In this document: piece after piece, positions 62,236-64,000 of the stretch | Numbering within the stretch: position 1 is the stretch's first letter | Layout of the letters: every line of letters starts with the position of its first letter | Assembly: GCA_023920165.1 (NCBI GenBank) | Contig: CP089281.1 | Coordinates: forward strand, 558,001 to 622,000 | DNA length: 64,000 nucleotides | From: Curvularia clavata | Lineage: Eukaryota | Direction of reading: 5' to 3' | Program-made: the position numbers and the translations under genes | Notes under the pieces: model-generated | The model's database searches: none | What the model was told of the DNA's origin: nothing | What the model saw: the letters and a program-made list of their open reading frames with translations, nothing else

Positions 62236-64000
62236 ATGGCCGAACCCCTCACTCGCAAGACTCCCTGCAGTCACGCAATTCAACCCTTAGTCCTCCTTCT
62301 CATCCTAATCCATCTCTCCACAGTCCTCTATACGCTCCCGCTTAACCGCGTAATCGAGCTGCGTCTATGTCAGGAGCACTACTCACGACATGATCCATCT
62401 GTTGTGCGCCCAGATGGCTCGGTACCAGAGGCGCTGTGTAAGATCGATGACGTGCAGCGGGGGCTGGCGTGGCTACAGGGCATTATGGAGACGACGGCGG
62501 TGGTGTGTGGTACGTGTGACGGTGTTTGCTTTTCTCTTTTATGTGGATTCTTTTTTGAGGGAATGGTGTAGAATATGGGTTGATGTAGAGAGGAGGCTAA
62601 TGTCAAGTGTGTAGATTTTTTAGTCACAATACCTTTTGCCTTTGTAGCTGAGAGGTGGGGAGTCAGAGTTGTGCTTTGGTGCAATGTGCTGCCGAGGATT
62701 GGCATGAGTGTATGGGCGGTCGTGGTGGGTACGTGTGCTTACCGTCGTTTGTTACTTCTTATGCCTTTTGGATTTTCTAAATGTTGCGTCAGGTAATTTC
62801 CCACATGTCCTTCCCACCAAGGCGATTATTGCGGGCCCATTCCTCAATGTCCTTGGTGGAGAATGTGTCTTCCAATCGACCATATTTACTCTTACTTCAG
62901 CCCTGGCTGGTGAATATGTACAGCGGTAAGTGTCCTGTCACTTTTTGTGTGGAGTAGACGAGACTGATCTTATAGGGCATCGTACTTTTCATATATCAGC
63001 TCAACATCATACGTTGTTTCTTTCCTAGGGCCAACTCTAGCTGCATTCACCATGAGCAGGAGACTCTGGTTGCCGTTCTGGATTAACATATGCCTCTTAC
63101 TTTGTGCCATACCTACTATCGGATCGCTTCCCCGCGTTGCAAAAGTACCTACTGTGTACACGCTACCAGAAAGTGATCATCAGGAAACCAACGAGGAGGC
63201 TGGGCCATTGCTCCCGGGTAGACGTGCCAGCTCAGATGGGCACACTAATGAATTTGAAATACAGCCCACCATTGTTCAGAGTATTGTACACGCGATGCGT
63301 AGGGTAAGGCGTTTAGTCACAGGACGTAGGAAGTTTCAGGTGCTTCTGTGCTCGTTCTTCCTCACAGCGCTTGCAAGTTCAGACACGAAACTTCTTGTGC
63401 AATACATTTCGAAGCGATATGAATGGACATTTGCTCAGGTAAGTGCCTTCACAACTGAACGAAAACCTTCAATTGCTTACCTCATGTCACTGTTCAGGCA
63501 GGCTATATGCTCTCTGCAAAAGCAATAGTGAATTTTACTTTGCTGGCTATCGTGGTACCTCGCATCATTCGGACCTCAATGTCGTCAAGAACTATCCACG
63601 GCTCCGAAGTGCGTCTCAATATTCTCGGCGCGGAACTCAGCATTGCGATTTCCGTGGTCGGTGTACTGTGTGTTGCATTAGCCTTCAAGTTTTGGATGTT
63701 GCTTGTTGGTAAGTGGAGACGACAGCGACAGTAAATGGGAGGCAAGCTGACGTTCATAGCTCTGATCATATACGCACTTGGCTCAGCGCTCCCAGTCTTT
63801 ACCATGTCGCTGGTGAAGTCGTCGCTCATTGCACTGGCACACTCGGACGTCCAAGACTTCAGCATAATAATGCTAATCAAGACATTGGGATCCTTGGTTG
63901 GCGCTCCTTTGATGACTGTTCTCTGGGTGCAAGCCATCAAACTTGGAGGTGGATTTGTCGGTTTGCCATATTTTGTGTCTGCAGTAAGTGAACACGCTAA
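62236..64000 (+). CDS. MFS transporter (multi-intron); 3' end runs off the window
   Basis: PLNRVIELRLC...PEALCKIDDVQ, hydrophobic exons, LGPTLAA and LLVQYISKRYEWTFAQ; several GT-AG introns (first 62510-62614). Confidence 0.85.

Noticed and set aside
1..64000. tRNA, rRNA, TPP riboswitch or CRISPR array
   Set aside because: No cloverleaf, rRNA, riboswitch core or repeat-spacer pattern was recognised by eye. tRNAscan-SE and Infernal were not run.

Overview
Gene-dense eukaryotic DNA from a filamentous ascomycete. The short GT-AG introns with CTRAC branch points and the gene content suggest Dothideomycetes/Pleosporales, which is an inference. I can support about 21 protein-coding genes. Most are housekeeping: a patatin TAG lipase, two MFS transporters, nibrin/Nbs1, pyruvate kinase, Cet1, Rpn2, a Lac12/CDT-like sugar porter, a cytochrome-b5-like protein, Npt1, a syntaxin, a Cip1-like secreted protein, Kha1, Png1, a Sur7/PalI protein, Utp4 and a G1-type cyclin. 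Two small spliced genes are missing from the ORF track: a DUF1748 protein and a 125-aa tail-anchored orphan. The stand-out is a ~4.8 kb island (44562-49356) carrying an intact HET-NB-ARC-TPR fungal NLR. It is bounded by degenerate ~75-bp inverted repeats, which are immediately flanked by an ~80-bp direct repeat, and it has RIP-like flanks; it looks like a transposase-less mobile NLR cassette with an unusually long target duplication. The cyclin gene has an apparent four-intron 5' leader with a 3-codon uORF and an upstream cluster of MCB boxes. No tRNA, rRNA or CRISPR array was recognised. All family assignments come from motif recognition by eye, not database searches.
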